Below, piece after piece: positions 23,641-39,991 of a stretch of 64,000 bases of DNA. Positions within the stretch are counted from its first letter, which is position 1, and every line of letters starts with the position of its first letter. Origin of the DNA: Eledone cirrhosa (taxonomy: Eukaryota). A model generated the notes under the pieces. The model saw only the letters and a list, made by a program, of their open reading frames with translations, was not told the origin of the DNA and made no database searches. The stretch spans positions 204,848,001 to 204,912,000 of the forward strand of contig OZ024743.1 in assembly GCA_964016885.1 (NCBI GenBank), given 5' to 3'. The translations under genes were made by a program, and so were the position numbers.

Positions 23641-26600
23641 TAAAAAAAATCCATTAAAAACTCAATCAAAAACCCAATTAAAAGGCCATAAAAGAAACAT
23701 TAAAACAGCATTTAAAATACCATTAAAAACGCCATAAAAAACATTAAAATCCCATTAAAAATACATTAAAGGCCCATTAAAAATTGCACTAAAAACCTCA
23801 TTGAAAACCCCATTTAAAACCTAATTAGAAGCTCATAAAAACTCCCAAAACCCAATAAAAAAACCATTAAAACGTCATTAAAACGTCATAAAACGCTATT
23901 AAAACGTCATTAAAAATGTCATTAAAAACTCCATTGATAACTCAATTAAAAACTGCATTTTACCCCCTCCTCCCCCATTAAAAACACATTAAACACTCCA
24001 TTAAAATTACCATTAAAAACCAATTAAATACTCCATTAAACACTATATTAAAACCGCAATTATAAATTCTTTAAAAATCCAATTAAAAACCATATTATAA
24101 ACTCCATTAAAAATCCAATTAAAAACCCTACTGAAAATCCCATTATAAAATTACATAAAAAACCCATAATAATAGTCCTTTAAAAAACCAATTAAAAATC
24201 CTATTAAAACGCCATAAAAAACACCATTAAAACGTCATTAAAAATACAATTAAAAACACCATTAAAAACTACATTGCAAATTCCATTAAAAGACCCATTA
24301 AAAACTCCATTAAAAACACCACTAAAAAGCCCATTAAAAAGCTCATAAAACCCATTAAAATACAATCAATAACCAATTAACACTCCATTAAAAACCATTA
24401 CAACCGTCATTAAAATGCCATAAAATACCATTAAAACGCCATTAAGAACGCCATTAAAATCGTCATTAAAAACCTCATTAAAAACTACATTAAAACTTCA
24501 TTAAAAACTCCATTAAAACCTCCATTATAAACTCTATTAAACTCCATTAAAACTCAATTAAATCCCCCATTAAACCCCCATTAAGCCCCATTAAAAGCCC
24601 CTGAAAAATGCAACTAAAAACCAATTTTAAAACCCCATTAAAACACAATTAAAAGTCCATTGGAAACCCCATTAAAATTCCATTAAAAATTCATTAAAAA
24701 CTTAGTAAAAACTCGATTTTATACTCAATTAAAAAGGTAATTGAAAACTCAATTAGCACACCATTAAAACTCATTAAAAAGCCCATAAAAACTCCATAAA
24801 AAATCTAATTGAAAAACATTAAAAATTCAGTTAAAAACCTGATTGAAAACCCCAATAAAAGTTCATTAAAAAAACTCCATTAAAAAATCAATCAAAACCC
24901 CATTAAAATAACATTGAAACTTATCGAAGCGTCATTAAGGATACCATTAAAAAACACCATTAAAACGGCATTGAAAACCCATTATAAAAAATTAAAGGGT
25001 CCGTAAAAAACACCATTATAAATCCATTAAAAACCTAATTGAAAAACCCATTAAAACTCAATTTTTAAACTAGATTAAAAACGCAATTAAAAGCTCAATG
25101 AAAAACCATTAAAAACACCATTAAAAACTCTTTAAAAAAGAGCACTAGCCATTAAAACTCCATTAAAACACATTGAAACCTACTACCCCCATTAAACCCC
25201 ATTAAAATTGCATTAAACACATTACACATCCATTAAAGCCCATTAGAAGGACCATCAAATATTTAAATTTAAACTAAATCAGAAACTCGCTTAAAACACC
25301 ATTAAAAACACATTAAAATGTCACTAATACCATTAACAACCACACCAAAAACTCCATTAATATACCATTAAAAACCGCATTGAAAACCCATAAAATCCCA
25401 AGTAAAGATCTTTTAAAAAACTACATTAAAAACCCAATTAAAAAACCCATTAAAACGCCATAAAAGTCATTAAAACGTCATTTAAAGTACCATTAAAAAC
25501 GTCACTAGAAACCCAATTAAAAACACATTAAAAATTCCATTTGAAACCATATTAAAAATTTCATTAAATGCAATATTGAAAAACCCATTAAAAACACCAG
25601 TGAAAACTCATATAAATACTCAATTAAAAAACCAATTAAAAATCCTATTTAAACGTCACTAAAACACCATAAAAAACACAATTAAAACGTCATTAAAACA
25701 CCATTAAACTATCATTAAAAATTACATTGAAAACACCATTAAAAATTCAATTAAAACCCCATTAAAAATCCATTAAAAAGATCATCATGAACGCACTTAA
25801 ACACCATCAAAAACGCATTAAAAATTAAATTAAAAAGCAATTAATTTTTTTTATCAAACCCCCATTAAAATTCCATTAAACACTCCATTAAAAACAACAT
25901 TGAAAACCCCCATTAAAAGCTCATACAAAATTATATTAAAAACCCAATAAAAAACAATTACAACGCCATTAAAACATCATAAAAACTCATTAAAATGTCA
26001 TTTAAAATGCCATTAAAACCCTCACGGGGGAAAACGCAATTAAAAACACCATTAGAAATTTCATTAAAAACTCCATTAAAAATCATATTTAAAGTCAATT
26101 AGAACCCTTATTATAAATTCCATTAAAACCCATTAAGTATCCAATTGAAAAATCCATTAAGAGCTCATTAAAAATACTCCATTAAAAACCCAATTAAAAA
26201 TCATTAAAACGCATTTAAACACCATAAAAACACAATTAAAACGCCATTAAAAACTCCATTAAAACATCCTTGAATCTATTTAAAATTTCATTAAAAACGC
26301 AATCAAAAATTCCATTAAAAACCCATTTAAAAACTCATAAACAACACCATTGAAAACCCAATTAAAAACTCCATAAAAAACCCATTAAACACCATCGAAA
26401 ATCCCATTAAAACACCATTAAAAAGCCATTAAAACCCAATTTTAAACGCAATTAAAAACTGAATTAAAACACTATTAAAAACTCATAAAAAAAGGCTCAT
26501 AAATAATGGGGTTTTCAATTGTTTTTTATGAAATTTATAATATGGCTTTTAATGAACTTTTTAATGGGCTTTTAGTGGAGTTTTAATGGATTTTTATGGA

Positions 26601-28149
26601 ATTGTTAATGACATTATTAATGGTTTTTTAATTGGGCTTTTTGTGATGTTTTAATGGCGTTTTTATGACATTTTATTGTGTTTTGTGGCGTTTTAATGGC
26701 GTTTTAATTGGTTTGTTATTGGGTTTTTAATAGAGTTTTATGAACTTTTAATATGGGGTTAATGGGTTTTGAATGTGTTTTCAATGGAACTTTTAATTGA
26801 GTTTTTAATGAAATTTCTAATGGGATGTGTAATTGAATTTTTAATTGGTTTTTAATGGGTTTAGTGGGTTTATAGTGGAGTTTTTAATGGTGTTTTAATG
26901 GTGCTTTGATTGAGTTTTTAATTGAGTTTTTAATTGAGTTTTTACTGAGTTTTTAATTGAGTTCTTATTTTATTTTATTTTATTTATTTTTTATATTTTA
27001 TTTTTTTTTATTTTTTTTTATTTTATTTTATTTTTATTTATTTTATTTTATTTTATTTTATTTTATTTTATTTATATTTTTTAGTTTTTTTTATTTTATT
27101 TTATTTTATTTTTCTTTATTTTATTTTATTTTATTTTATTTTATTTTATTTTATTTTATTTTATTTTATTTTATTTTATTTTATTTTATTTTATTTTATT
27201 GAGTTTTTAATTTAGTTTATAATTTAGTTTATAACTTAGTTTATAATTTAGTTTATTTCTCCCTCTTCTCCCCCTACTGTCCTCTACAGCCAGATCTGCC
27301 TTTCTTTACCCCTCCCAAGTCTCTTCCCTCTTCTCCCCCTACTGTCCTCTACAGCCTGATCTGCCTTTCTTTACCCCTCCCTAGTCTCTTCATTATTCAG
27401 TTTTGTTTTTATCTTTCTAAAACATCCTAGTTTTAATGAAATTAAAAGGAAATAGCAATCGCTATAAGTGTGCAAGCCAGCATGTAACTTCATGTGTGTG
27501 TGTTTTTAATGGAGTTTTTAATTGAGTTTTAATGGAGTTTTAATTGAGTTTATAATGGAGATTTAAATGGAATTTTTAATTGAGTTTTAATGTAGTTTTA
27601 ATGGTGTTTTATGCCGTTTTAATGGTATTTTAATGGGGTTTTTATTTGGTTTTTTATAAAGTTTTGGGTGCGCTTTTAATGGGGGTTTAATGGGTTTTCA
27701 GTGTAGTTTTTAATGACATTTTTAATGGTTTTCCAATGGAACCTTAGTGGTGTGTTAATGCAATTTTAATTGGTTTAATGGGCTTTTAATTGTGTTTTTA
27801 ATGGTGTTTTAATTGAGTTTTTAATTGCGTTTTAATTGAGTTTTTATTTCGGTTTAAATTTGAGGTTTTAATGTCTTTTCGAGGGGGGGGGTTAATGGGG
27901 GTTTTAATGGAGTTTTAATGGGGACTTTTAATGGAAACTTTAATTTTGTTTTAATTGGGTTTTTATGGGTTTCCAATGTGGTTTTTAATGGCGCTTTTAT
28001 TGGCATTCTTAATGATGTTTTAATTGTGTTTTAATGGGGGGTTTGGTTGGGGTTTTAATGGAGTGTTTTATGAGCTTATAATGGGGTTTTTAATGGGTTT
28101 TTCAAAATAGATTTTTAATTGAATTTTTAATGTGGTTTTTAATGGGATT

Positions 28150-28183
<34 letters not shown>

Positions 28184-28263
28184 TATATGTATAATATATA
28201 GTGTGTGTATATATATATATATATAGTGTGTATGTATATATATATATATATATAGTGTGTGCG

Positions 28264-28293
<30 letters not shown>

Positions 28294-28295
<2 letters not shown>

Positions 28296-28689
28296 ACACA
28301 AATATTAGCATATACATATTTTCTGAGTAATTGAGGATGTGTTTTTTATACATACATATGCATATTGCATCCATACATACACACATACAAGCATATACAT
28401 ACACATACACACACATATATATACACACACTGTATATATATACATACACACACACACATATATATATATACACCACACACTATATATATATATAGTGTGT
28501 GTGTGTATATATATATGTGTGTGTGTGTGTATGTATATATATATATACAGTGTGTGTATATATGTGTGTGTGTATGTCTATGTATATGCTTGTATGTGTG
28601 TATGTATGTATGTATGCAATATGCATATGTATGTATAAAAACACATCCTCAATGACTAAGAAATTATGTATATGCTAATATTTGTGTTA
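28294..28689. repeat. Foldback palindrome, copy 5 (396 bp)
   Basis: taacacaaatatt...aatatttgtgtta. Confidence 0.95.
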
Positions 28690-28890
28690 GTGTCTATATA
28701 AATGTATGTATGTAGTATATGCAAGTGTTCGTGCAAATTGAAAATAGATTTAATAATTTTAATAATATCTAGAACAATGTGATCTAAAAAAAATATTTTT
28801 TAAGATACGAATATATCGTTGTCAGCTTAATATGGCACTAACGCAAAATATAAATCCCAGTTTATATATAGTGTGTAACATGAAAGTGGA

Positions 28891-28968
<78 letters not shown>

Positions 28969-29062
28969 ATATATATATATATATATATATTTAATATATA
29001 TATATATATATATATTTAATATATATATATATATATATATATTTAATATATATATATATATA

Positions 29063-29101
<39 letters not shown>

Positions 29102-29125
29102 ATATATATATATATATATATTTAA

Positions 29126-29171
<46 letters not shown>

Positions 29172-32100
29172 ATACACATATATATGTGTAAATATATATA
29201 TACACATATATATGTGTAAATATATATATACACATATATATATACACATATATATGTGTAAATATATATATATACATATATATGTATGTATGTATATATA
29301 TATATATAAACACCATTAAAAACTCCATTGAAAAGCTCATAAAAACTCATTAAAAACCCAATAAAAAGCACACTAAACCACCATTAAAAGCTACATCCGA
29401 AACCCATTAAAAACTATATTAAAACACCATTAAAATTCCATTAAAAACCACATTAAAATCCATTAAAAATCCAATTAAAAACAGTAAAAACTTAATTGTA
29501 AACGTAATCGAAAGCGCAAGTAAAACAACATTAAAACCATTTAACACCCCATTAAAACCCACAAAAATACCACCAGAACCCATTAAAATCCCATAACAGC
29601 CATTAAAATTCCATTAAAAATATTATCAAAAACTTCATTTAAAACACACTGGAAACCCATTAAACTTCATAATTCTCGTTAAAAAAAATTCATTAAAAAC
29701 TCAATCAAAAACCCAATTAAAAGGCCATAAAAGAAACATTAAAACAGCATTTAAAATACCATTAAAAACGCCATAAAAAACATTAAAATCCCATTAAAAA
29801 TACATTAAAGGCCCATTAAAAATTCCACTAAAAACCTCATTGAAAACCCCATTTAAAACCTAATTAGAAGCTCATAAAAACTCCCAAAACCCCAAAAAAC
29901 CCCATTAAAACGTCATTAAAACGTCATAAAACGCTATTAAAACGTCATTAAAAATGTCATTAAAAACTCCATTGATAACTCAATTAAAAACTGCATTTTA
30001 CCCCCCTCCCCCCCATTAAAAACACATTAAACACTCCATTAAAATTACCATTAAAAACCAATTAAATACTCCATTAAACACTATATTAAAACCGCAATTA
30101 TAAATTCTTTAAAAATCCAATTAAAAACCATATTATAAACTCCATTAAAAATCCAATTAAAAACCCTACTGAAAATCCCATTATAAAATTACATAAAAAA
30201 CCCATAATAATAGTCCTTAAAAAAACAATTAAAAATCCTATTAAAACGCCATAAAAAACACCATTAAAACGTCATTAAAAATACAATTGAAAACACCATT
30301 AAAAAGTACATTGCAAATTCCATTAAAAGACCCATTAAAAACTCCATTAAAAACACCACTAAAAAGTCCATTAAAAAGCTCATAAAACCCATTAAAATAC
30401 AATTAATAACCAATTAACACTCCATTAAAAACCATTACAACCGTCATTAAAATGCCATAAAATACCATAAAAACTCCATAAAAAATCTAATTGAAAAACA
30501 TTAAAAATTCAGTTAAAAACCTGATTGAAAACCCCAATAAAAGTTCATTAAAAAAACTCCATTAAAAAATCAATCCAAACCCCATTAAAATAACATTGAA
30601 ACTTATCGAAGCGTCATTAAGGATACCATTAAAAAACACCATTAAAACGGCATTGAAAACCCATTATAAAAAATTAAAGGGTCCGTAAAAAACACCATTA
30701 TAAATCCATTAAAAACCTAATTGAAAAACCCATTAAAACTCAATTTTTAAACTAGATTAAAAACGCAATTAAAAACGCAATTAAAAGCTCAATGAAAAAC
30801 CATTAAAAACACCATTAAAAACTCTAAAAAAAAAGAGCACTAACCATTAAAACTCCATTAAAACCCATTGAAACCTACTACCCCCATTAAACCCCATTAA
30901 AATTGCATTAAACACATTACACATCCATTAAAGCCCATTAGAAGGACCATCAAATATTTAAATTTAAACTAAATCAGAAACTCGCTTAAAACACCATTAA
31001 AAACACATTAAAATGTCACTAATACCATTAACAACCACACCAAAAACTCCATTAATATACCATTAAAAACCGCATTGAAAACCCATAAAATCCCAAGTAA
31101 AGATCTTTTAAAAAACTACATTAAAAACCCAATTAAAAAACCCATTAAAACGCCATAAAAGTCATTAAAACGTCATTTAAAGTACCATTAAAAACGTCAC
31201 TAGAAACCCAATTAAAAATACATTAAAAATTCCATTTGAAACCATATTAAAAATTTCATTAAATGCAATATTGAAAATCCCATTAAAAACACCAGTGAAA
31301 ACTCATATAAATACTCAATTAAAAAACCAATTAAAAATCATATTTAAACGTCACTAAAACACCATAAAAAACACAATTAAAACGTCATTAAAACACCATT
31401 AAACTATCATTAAAAATTACATTGAAAACACCATTAAAAATTCAATTAAAACCCCATTAAAAATCCATTAAAAAGATCATCATGAACGCACTTAAACACC
31501 ATCAAAAACGCATTAAAAATTAAATTAAAAAGCAATTAATTTTTTTTTATCAAACCCCCATTAAAATTCCATTAAACACTCCATTAAAAACAACATTGAA
31601 AACCCCCATTAAAAGCTCATACAAAATTATATTAAAAACCCAATAAAAAACAATTACAACGCCATTAAAACATCATAAAAACTCATTAAAATGTCATTTA
31701 AAATGCCATTAAAACCCTCACGGGGGGAAACGCAATTAAAAACACCATTAGAAATTTCATTAAAAACTCCATTAAAAATCATATTTAAAGTCAATTAGAA
31801 CCCTTATTATAAATTCCATTAAAACCCATTAAGTATCCAATTGAAAAATCCATTAAGAGCTCATTAAAAATACTCCATTAAAAACCCAATTAAAAATCAT
31901 TAAAACGCATTTAAACACCATAAAAACACAATTAAAACGCCATTAAAAAGACCATTAAAAACTCCATTAAAACATCCTTGAATCTATTAAAAATTTCATT
32001 AAAAACGCAATCAAAAATTCCATTAAAAACCCATTTAAAACTCATAAACAACACCATTGAAAACCCAATTAAAAACTCCACAAAAAACCCATTAAACACC

Positions 32101-33948
32101 ATCGAAAATCACATTAAAATTCCATTAAAACACCATTAAAAAGCCATTAAAACCCAATTTTAAACGCAATTAAAAACTGAATTAAAACACTATTAAAAAC
32201 TCATAAAAAAGGCTCATAAATAATGGGGTTTTCAATTGTTTTTTATGAAATTTATAATATGGCTTTTAATGAACTTTTTAATGGGCTTTTAGTGGAGTTT
32301 TTAATGGATTTTTATGGAATTTTAATGGCATTATTAATGGTTTTTTAATTGGGCTTTTTGTGATGTTTTAATGGCGTTTTTATGACATTTTATTGTGTTT
32401 TGTGGCGTTTTAATGGCGTTTTAATTGGTTTGTTATTGGGTTTTTAATAGAGTTTTATGAACTTTTAATATGGGGTTAATGGGTTTTGAATGTGTTTTCA
32501 ATGGAACTTTTAATTGAGTTTTTAATGAAATTTCTAATGGGATGTGTAATTGAATTTTTAATTGGTTTTTAATGGGTTTAGTGGGTTTATAGTGGAGTTT
32601 TTAATGGTGTTTTAATGGTGCTTCGATTGAGTTTTTAATTGAGTTTTTAATTGAGTTTTTACTGAGTTTTTAATTGAGTTCTTATTTTATTTTATTTTAT
32701 TTATTTTTTATATTTAATTTTTTTTTATTTTTTTTTATTTTATTTTATTTTTATTTATTTTATTTTATTTTATTTTATTTTATTTTATTTATTTTATTTT
32801 ATTTTATTTATATTTTTTAGTTTTTTTTATTTTATTTTATTTTTTTTTATTTTATTTTATTTTTTTTTATTTTATTTTATTTTATTTTATTTTATTTTAT
32901 TTTATTTTATTTTTTTTTTTATTTTATTTTATTTTATTTTATTTTATTTTTTTTTATTTTATTTTATTTTATTTTATTTTATTTTATTTTATTTTATTTT
33001 ATTGAGTTTTTAATTTAGTTTATAATTTAGTTTATAACTTAGTTTATAATTTAGTTTATTTCTCCCTCTTCTCCCCCTACTGTCCTCTACAGCCAGATCT
33101 GCCTTTCTTTACCCCTCCCAAGTCTCTTCCCTCTTCTCCCCCTACTGTCCTCTACAGCCTGATCTGCCTTTCTTTACCCCTCCCTAGTCTCTTCATTATT
33201 CAGTTTTGTTTTTATCTTTCTAAAACATCCTAGTTTTAATGAAATTAAAAGGAAATAGCAATCGCTATAAGTATGCAAGCCAGGTAACTTCATGTGTGTG
33301 TGTTTTTAATGGAGTTTTTAATTGAGTTTTAATGGAGTTTTAATTGAGTTTATAATGGAGATTTAAATGGAATTTTTAATTGAGTTTTAATGTAGTTTTA
33401 ATGGTGTTTTATGCCGTTTTAATGGTATTTTAATGGGGTTTTTATTTGGTTTTTTATAAAGTTTTGGGTGCGCTTTTAATAGGGGTTTAATGGGTTTTCA
33501 GTGTAGTTTTTAATGACATTTTTAATGGTTTTCCAATGGAACCTTAGTGGTGTGTTAATGCAATTTTAATTGGTTTAATGGGCTTTTAATTGTGTTTTTA
33601 ATGGTGTTTTAATTGAGTTTTTAATTGCGTTTTAATTGAGTTTTTATTTCGGTTTAAATTTGAGGTTTTAATGTCTTTTCGAGGGGGGGGTTAATGGGTG
33701 TTTTAATGGAGTTTTAATGGGGACTTTTAATGGAAACTTTAATTTTGTTTTAATTGGGTTTTTATGGGTTTCCAATGTGGTTTTTAATGGCGCTTTTATT
33801 GGCATTCTTAATGATGTTTTAATTGTGTTTTAATGGGGGGTTTGGTTGGGGTTTTAATGGAGTGTTTTATGAGCTTATAATGGGGTTTTTAATGGGTTTT
33901 TCAAAATAGATTTTTAATTGAATTTTTAATGTGGTTTTTAATGGGATT

Positions 33949-33999
<51 letters not shown>

Positions 34000-34066
34000 G
34001 TGTGTGTGTATATATATATATATATATAGTGTGTATGTATATATATATATATATATAGTGTGTGCG

Positions 34067-34096
<30 letters not shown>

Positions 34097-34098
<2 letters not shown>

Positions 34099-34469
34099 AC
34101 ACAAATATTAGCATATACATATTTTCTTAGTAATTGAGGATGTGTTTTTTATACATACATATGCATATTGCATCCATACATACACACATACAAGCATATA
34201 CATACACATACACACACATATATATACATACACACACACACATATATATATATACACCACACACTATATATATATATAGTGTGTGTGTGTATATATATAT
34301 GTGTGTGTGTGTGTATGTATATATATATATACAGTGTGTGTATATATGTGTGTGTGTATGTCTATGTATATGCTTGTATGTGTGTATGTATGTATGCAAT
34401 ATGCATATGTATGTATAAAAACACATCCTCAATGACTAAGAAATTATGTATATGCTAATATTTGTGTTA
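34097..34469. repeat. Foldback palindrome, copy 6 (373 bp; left-arm CACTG segment deleted)
   Basis: Ends are intact; 'cacacactgtatatatata' is missing from the left arm. Confidence 0.93.
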
Positions 34470-34668
34470 GTGTCTATATAAATGTATGTATGTAGTATAT
34501 GCAAGTGTTCGTGCAAATTGAAAATAGATTTAATAATTTTAATAATATCTAGAACAATGTGATCTAAAAAAAATATTTTTTAAGATACGAATATATCGTT
34601 GTCAGCTTAATATGGCACTAACGCAAAATATAAATCCCAGTTTATATATAGTGTGTAACATGAAAGTG

Positions 34669-34742
<74 letters not shown>

Positions 34743-34842
34743 ATATATATATATATATATATATTTAATATATATATATATATATATATATTTAATATAT
34801 ATATATATATATATATATTTAATATATATATATATATATATA

Positions 34843-34910
<68 letters not shown>

Positions 34911-34911
34911 A

Positions 34912-34942
<31 letters not shown>

Positions 34943-37900
34943 TTAATACACATATATATGTGTAAATATATATATACACATATATATGTGTAAATATATA
35001 TATACACATATATATATACACATATATATGTGTAAATATATATATATACATATATATGTATGTATGTATATATATATATATAAACACCATTAAAAACTCC
35101 ATTGAAAAGCTCATAAAAACTCATTAAAAACCCAATAAAAAGCACACTAAACCACCATTAAAAGCTACATCCGAAACCCATTAAAAACTATATTAAAACA
35201 CAATTAAAATTCCATTAAAAACCACATTAAAATCCATTAAAAATCCAATTAAAAACAGTAAAAACTTAATTGTAAACGTAATCGAAAGCGCAAGTAAAAC
35301 AACATTAAAACCATTTAACACCCCATTAAAACCCACAAAAATACCACCAGAACCCATTAAAATCCCATAACCGCCATTAAAATTCCATTAAAAATATTAT
35401 CAAAAACTTCATTTAAAACACACTGGAAACCCATTAAACTTCATAATTCTCGTTAAAAAAATCCATTAAAAACTCAATCAAAAACCCAATTAAAAGGCCA
35501 TAAAAGAAACATTAAAACAGCATTTAAAATACCATTAAAAACGCCATAAAAAACATTAAAATCCCATTAAAAATACATTAAAGGCCCATTAAAAATTCCA
35601 CTAAAAACCTCATTGAAAACCCCATTTAAAACCTAATTAGAAGCTCATAAAAACTCCCAAAACCCAATAAAAAAACCATTAAAACGTCATTAAAACGTCA
35701 TAAAACGCTATTAAAACGTCATTAAAAATGTCATTAAAAACTCCATTGATAACTCAATTAAAAACTGCATTTTACCCCCTCCTCCCCCATTAAAAACACA
35801 TTAAACACTCCATTAAAATTACCATTAAAAACCAATTAAATACTCCATTAAACACTATATTAAAACCGCAATTATAAATTCTTTAAAAATCCAATTAAAA
35901 AACATATTATAAACTCCATTAAAAATCCAATTAAAAACCCTACTGAAAATCCCATTATAAAATTACATAAAAAACCCATAATAATAGTCCTTTAAAAAAC
36001 CAATTAAAAATCCTATTAAAACGCCATAAAAAACACCATTAAAACGTCATTAAAAATACAATTGAAAACACCATTAAAAACTACATTGCAAATTCCATTA
36101 AAAGACCCATTAAAAACTCCATTAAAAACACCACTAAAAAGTCCATTAAAAAGCTCATAAAACCCATTAAAATACAATTAATAACCAATTAACACTCCAT
36201 TAAAAACCATTACAACCGTCATTAAAATGCCATAAAATACCATTAAAACGCCATTAAGAACGCCATTAAAATCGTCATTAAAAACCTCATTAAAAACTAC
36301 ATTAAAACTTCATTAAAAACTCCATTAAAACCTACATTATAAACTCTATTAAACTCCATTAAAAACTCAATTAAATCCCCCATTAAACCCCCATTAAGCC
36401 CCATTAAAAGCCCCTGAAAATGCAACTAAAAACCTGATTGAAAACCCCAATAAAAGTTCATTAAAAAAACTCCATTAAAAAATCAATCAAAACCCCATTA
36501 AAATAACATTGAAACTTATCGAAGCGTCATTAAGGATACCATTAAAAAACACCATTAAAACGGCATTGAAAACCCATTATAAAAAATTAAAGGGTCCGTA
36601 AAAAACACCATTATAAATCCATTAAAAACCTAATTGAAAAACCCATTAAAACTCAATTTTTAAACTAGATTAAAAACGCAATTAAAAACGCAATTAAAAG
36701 CTCAATGAAAAACCATTAAAAACACCATTAAAAACTCTAAAAAAAAAAGAGCACTAGCCATTAAAACTCCATTAAAACCCATTGAAACCTACTACCCCCA
36801 TTAAACCCCATTAAAATTGCATTAAACACATTACACATCCATTAAAGCCCATTAGAAGGACCATCAAATATTTAAATTTAAACTAAATCAGAAACTCGCT
36901 TAAAACACCATTAAAAACACATTAAAATGTCACTAATACCATTAACAACCACACCAAAAACTCCATTAATATACCATTAAAAACCGCATTGAAAACCCAT
37001 AAAATCCCAAGTAAAGATCTTTTAAAAAACTACATTAAAAACCCAATTAAAAAACCCATTAAAACGCCATAAAATTCATTAAAACGTCATTTAAAGTACC
37101 ATTAAAAACGTCACTAGAAACCCAATTAAAAATACATTAAAAATTCCATTTGAAACCATATTAAAAATTTCATTAAATGCAATATTGAAAAACCCATTAA
37201 AAACACCAGTGAAAACTCATATAAATACTCAATTAAAAAACCAATTAAAAATCCTATTTAAACGTCACTAAAACACCATAAAAAACACAATTAAAACGTC
37301 ATTAAAACACCATTAAACTATCATTAAAAATTACATTGAAAACACCATTAAAAAGTCAATTAAAACCCCATTAAAAATCCATTAAAAAGATCATCATGAA
37401 CGCACTTAAACACCATCAAAAACGCATTAAAAATTAAATTAAAAAGCAATTAATTTTTTTTATCAAACCCCCATTAAAATTCCATTAAACACTCCATTAA
37501 AAACAACATTGAAAACCCCCATTAAAAGCTCATACAAAATTATATTAAAAACCCAATAAAAAACAATTACAACGCCATTAAAACATCATAAAAACTCATT
37601 AAAATGTCATTTAAAATGCAATTAAAACCCTCACGGGGGGAAACGCAATTAAAAACACCATTAGAAATTTCATTAAAAACTCCATTAAAAATCATATTTA
37701 AAGTCAATTAGAACCCTTATTATAAATTCCATTAAAACCCATTAAGTATCCAATTGAAAAATCCATTAAGAGCTCATTAAAAATACTCCATTAAAAACCC
37801 AATTAAAAATCATTAAAACGCATTTAAACACCATAAAAACACAATTAAAACGCCATTAAAAAGACCATTAAAAACTCCATTAAAACATCCTTGAATCTAT

Positions 37901-39843
37901 TAAAAATTTCATTAAAAACGCAATCAAAAATTCCATTAAAAACCCATTTAAAACTCATAAACAACACCATTGAAAACCCAATTAAAAACTCCACAAAAAA
38001 CCCATTAAACACCATCGAAAATCACATTAAAATTCCATTAAAACACCATTAAAAAGCCATTAAAACCCAATTTTAAACGCAATTAAAAACTGAATTAAAA
38101 CACTATTAAAAACTCATAAAAAAGGCTCATAAATAATGGGGTTTTCAATTGTTTTTTATGAAATTTATAATATGGCTTTTAATGAACTTTTTAATGGGCT
38201 TTTAGTGGAGTTTTTAATGGATTTTTATGGAATTTTTAATGGCATTATTAATGGTTTTTTAATTGGGCTTTTTGTGATGTTTTAATGGCGTTTTTATGAC
38301 ATTTTATTGTGTTTTGTGGCGTTTTAATGGCGTTTTAATTGGTTTGTTATTGGGTTTTTAATAGAGTTTTATGAACTTTTAATATGGGGTTAATGGGTTT
38401 TGAATGTGTTTTCAATGGAACTTTTAATTGAGTTTTTAATGAAATTTCTAATGGGATGTGTAATTGAATTTTTAATTGGTTTTTAATGGGTTTAGTGGGT
38501 TTATAGTGGAGTTTTTAATGGTGTTTTAATGGTGCTTCGATTGAGTTTTTAATTGAGTTTTTACTGAGTTTTTAATTGAGTTCTTATTTTATTTTATTTT
38601 ATTTATTTTTTATATTTAATTTTTTTTTTTTTTTTTTTATTTTATTTTATTTTTATTTATTTTATTTTATTTTATTTTATTTTATTTATTTTATTTTATT
38701 TTATTTATATTTTTTAGTTTTTTTTATTTTATTTTATTTTATTTTTTTTTATTTTATTTTATTTTATTTTATTTTATTTTATTTTATTTTATTTTATTTT
38801 ATTTTATTTTATTTTTTATTTTATTTTATTTTATTTTATTTTATTTTATTTTATTTTATTTTATTTTATTTTATTTTATTTTATTTTATTTTATTGAGTT
38901 TTTAATTTAGTTTATAATTTAGTTTATAACTTAGTTTATAATTTAGTTTATTTCTCCCTCTTCTCCCCCTACTGTCCTCTACAGCCAGATCTGCCTTTCT
39001 TTACCCCTCCCAAGTCTCTTCCCTCTTCTCCCCCTACTGTCCTCTACAGCCTGATCTGCCTTTCTTTACCCCTCCCTAGTCTCTTCATTATTCAGTTTTG
39101 TTTTTATCTTTCTAAAACATCCTAGTTTTAATGAAATTAAAAGGAAATAGCAATCGCTATAAGTGTGCAAGCCAGCATGTAACTTCATGTGTGTGTGTTT
39201 TTAATGGAGTTTTTAATTGAGTTTTAATGGAGTTTTAATTGAGTTTATAATGGAGATTTAAATGGAATTTTTAATTGAGTTTTAATGTAGTTTTAATGGT
39301 GTTTTATGCCGTTTTAATGGTATTTTAATGGGGTTTTTATTTGGTTTTTTATAAAGTTTTGGGTGCGCTTTTAATAGGGGTTTAATGGGTTTTCAGTGTA
39401 GTTTTTAATGACATTTTTAATGGTTTTCCAATGGAACCTTAGTGGTGTGTTAATGCAATTTTAATTGGTTTAATGGGCTTTTAATTGTGTTTTTAATGGT
39501 GTTTTAATTGAGTTTTTAATTGCGTTTTAATTGAGTTTTTATTTCGGTTTAAATTTGAGGTTTTAATGTCTTTTCGAGGGGGGGGTTAATGGGGGTTTTA
39601 ATGGAGTTTTAATGGGGACTTTTAATGGAAACTTTAATTTTGTTTTAATTGGGTTTTTATGGGTTTCCAATGTGGTTTTTAATGGCGCTTTTATTGGCAT
39701 TCTTAATGATGTTTTAATTGTGTTTTAATGGGGGGTTTGGTTGGGGTTTTAATGGAGTGTTTTATGAGCTTATAATGGGGTTTTTAATGGGTTTTTCAAA
39801 ATAGATTTTTAATTGAATTTTTAATGTGGTTTTTAATGGGATT

Positions 39844-39877
<34 letters not shown>

Positions 39878-39957
39878 TATAATATATAGTGTGTGTGTAT
39901 ATATATATATATATAGTGTGTATGTATATATATATATATATATATATAGTGTGTGCG

Positions 39958-39989
<32 letters not shown>

Positions 39990-39991
<2 letters not shown>

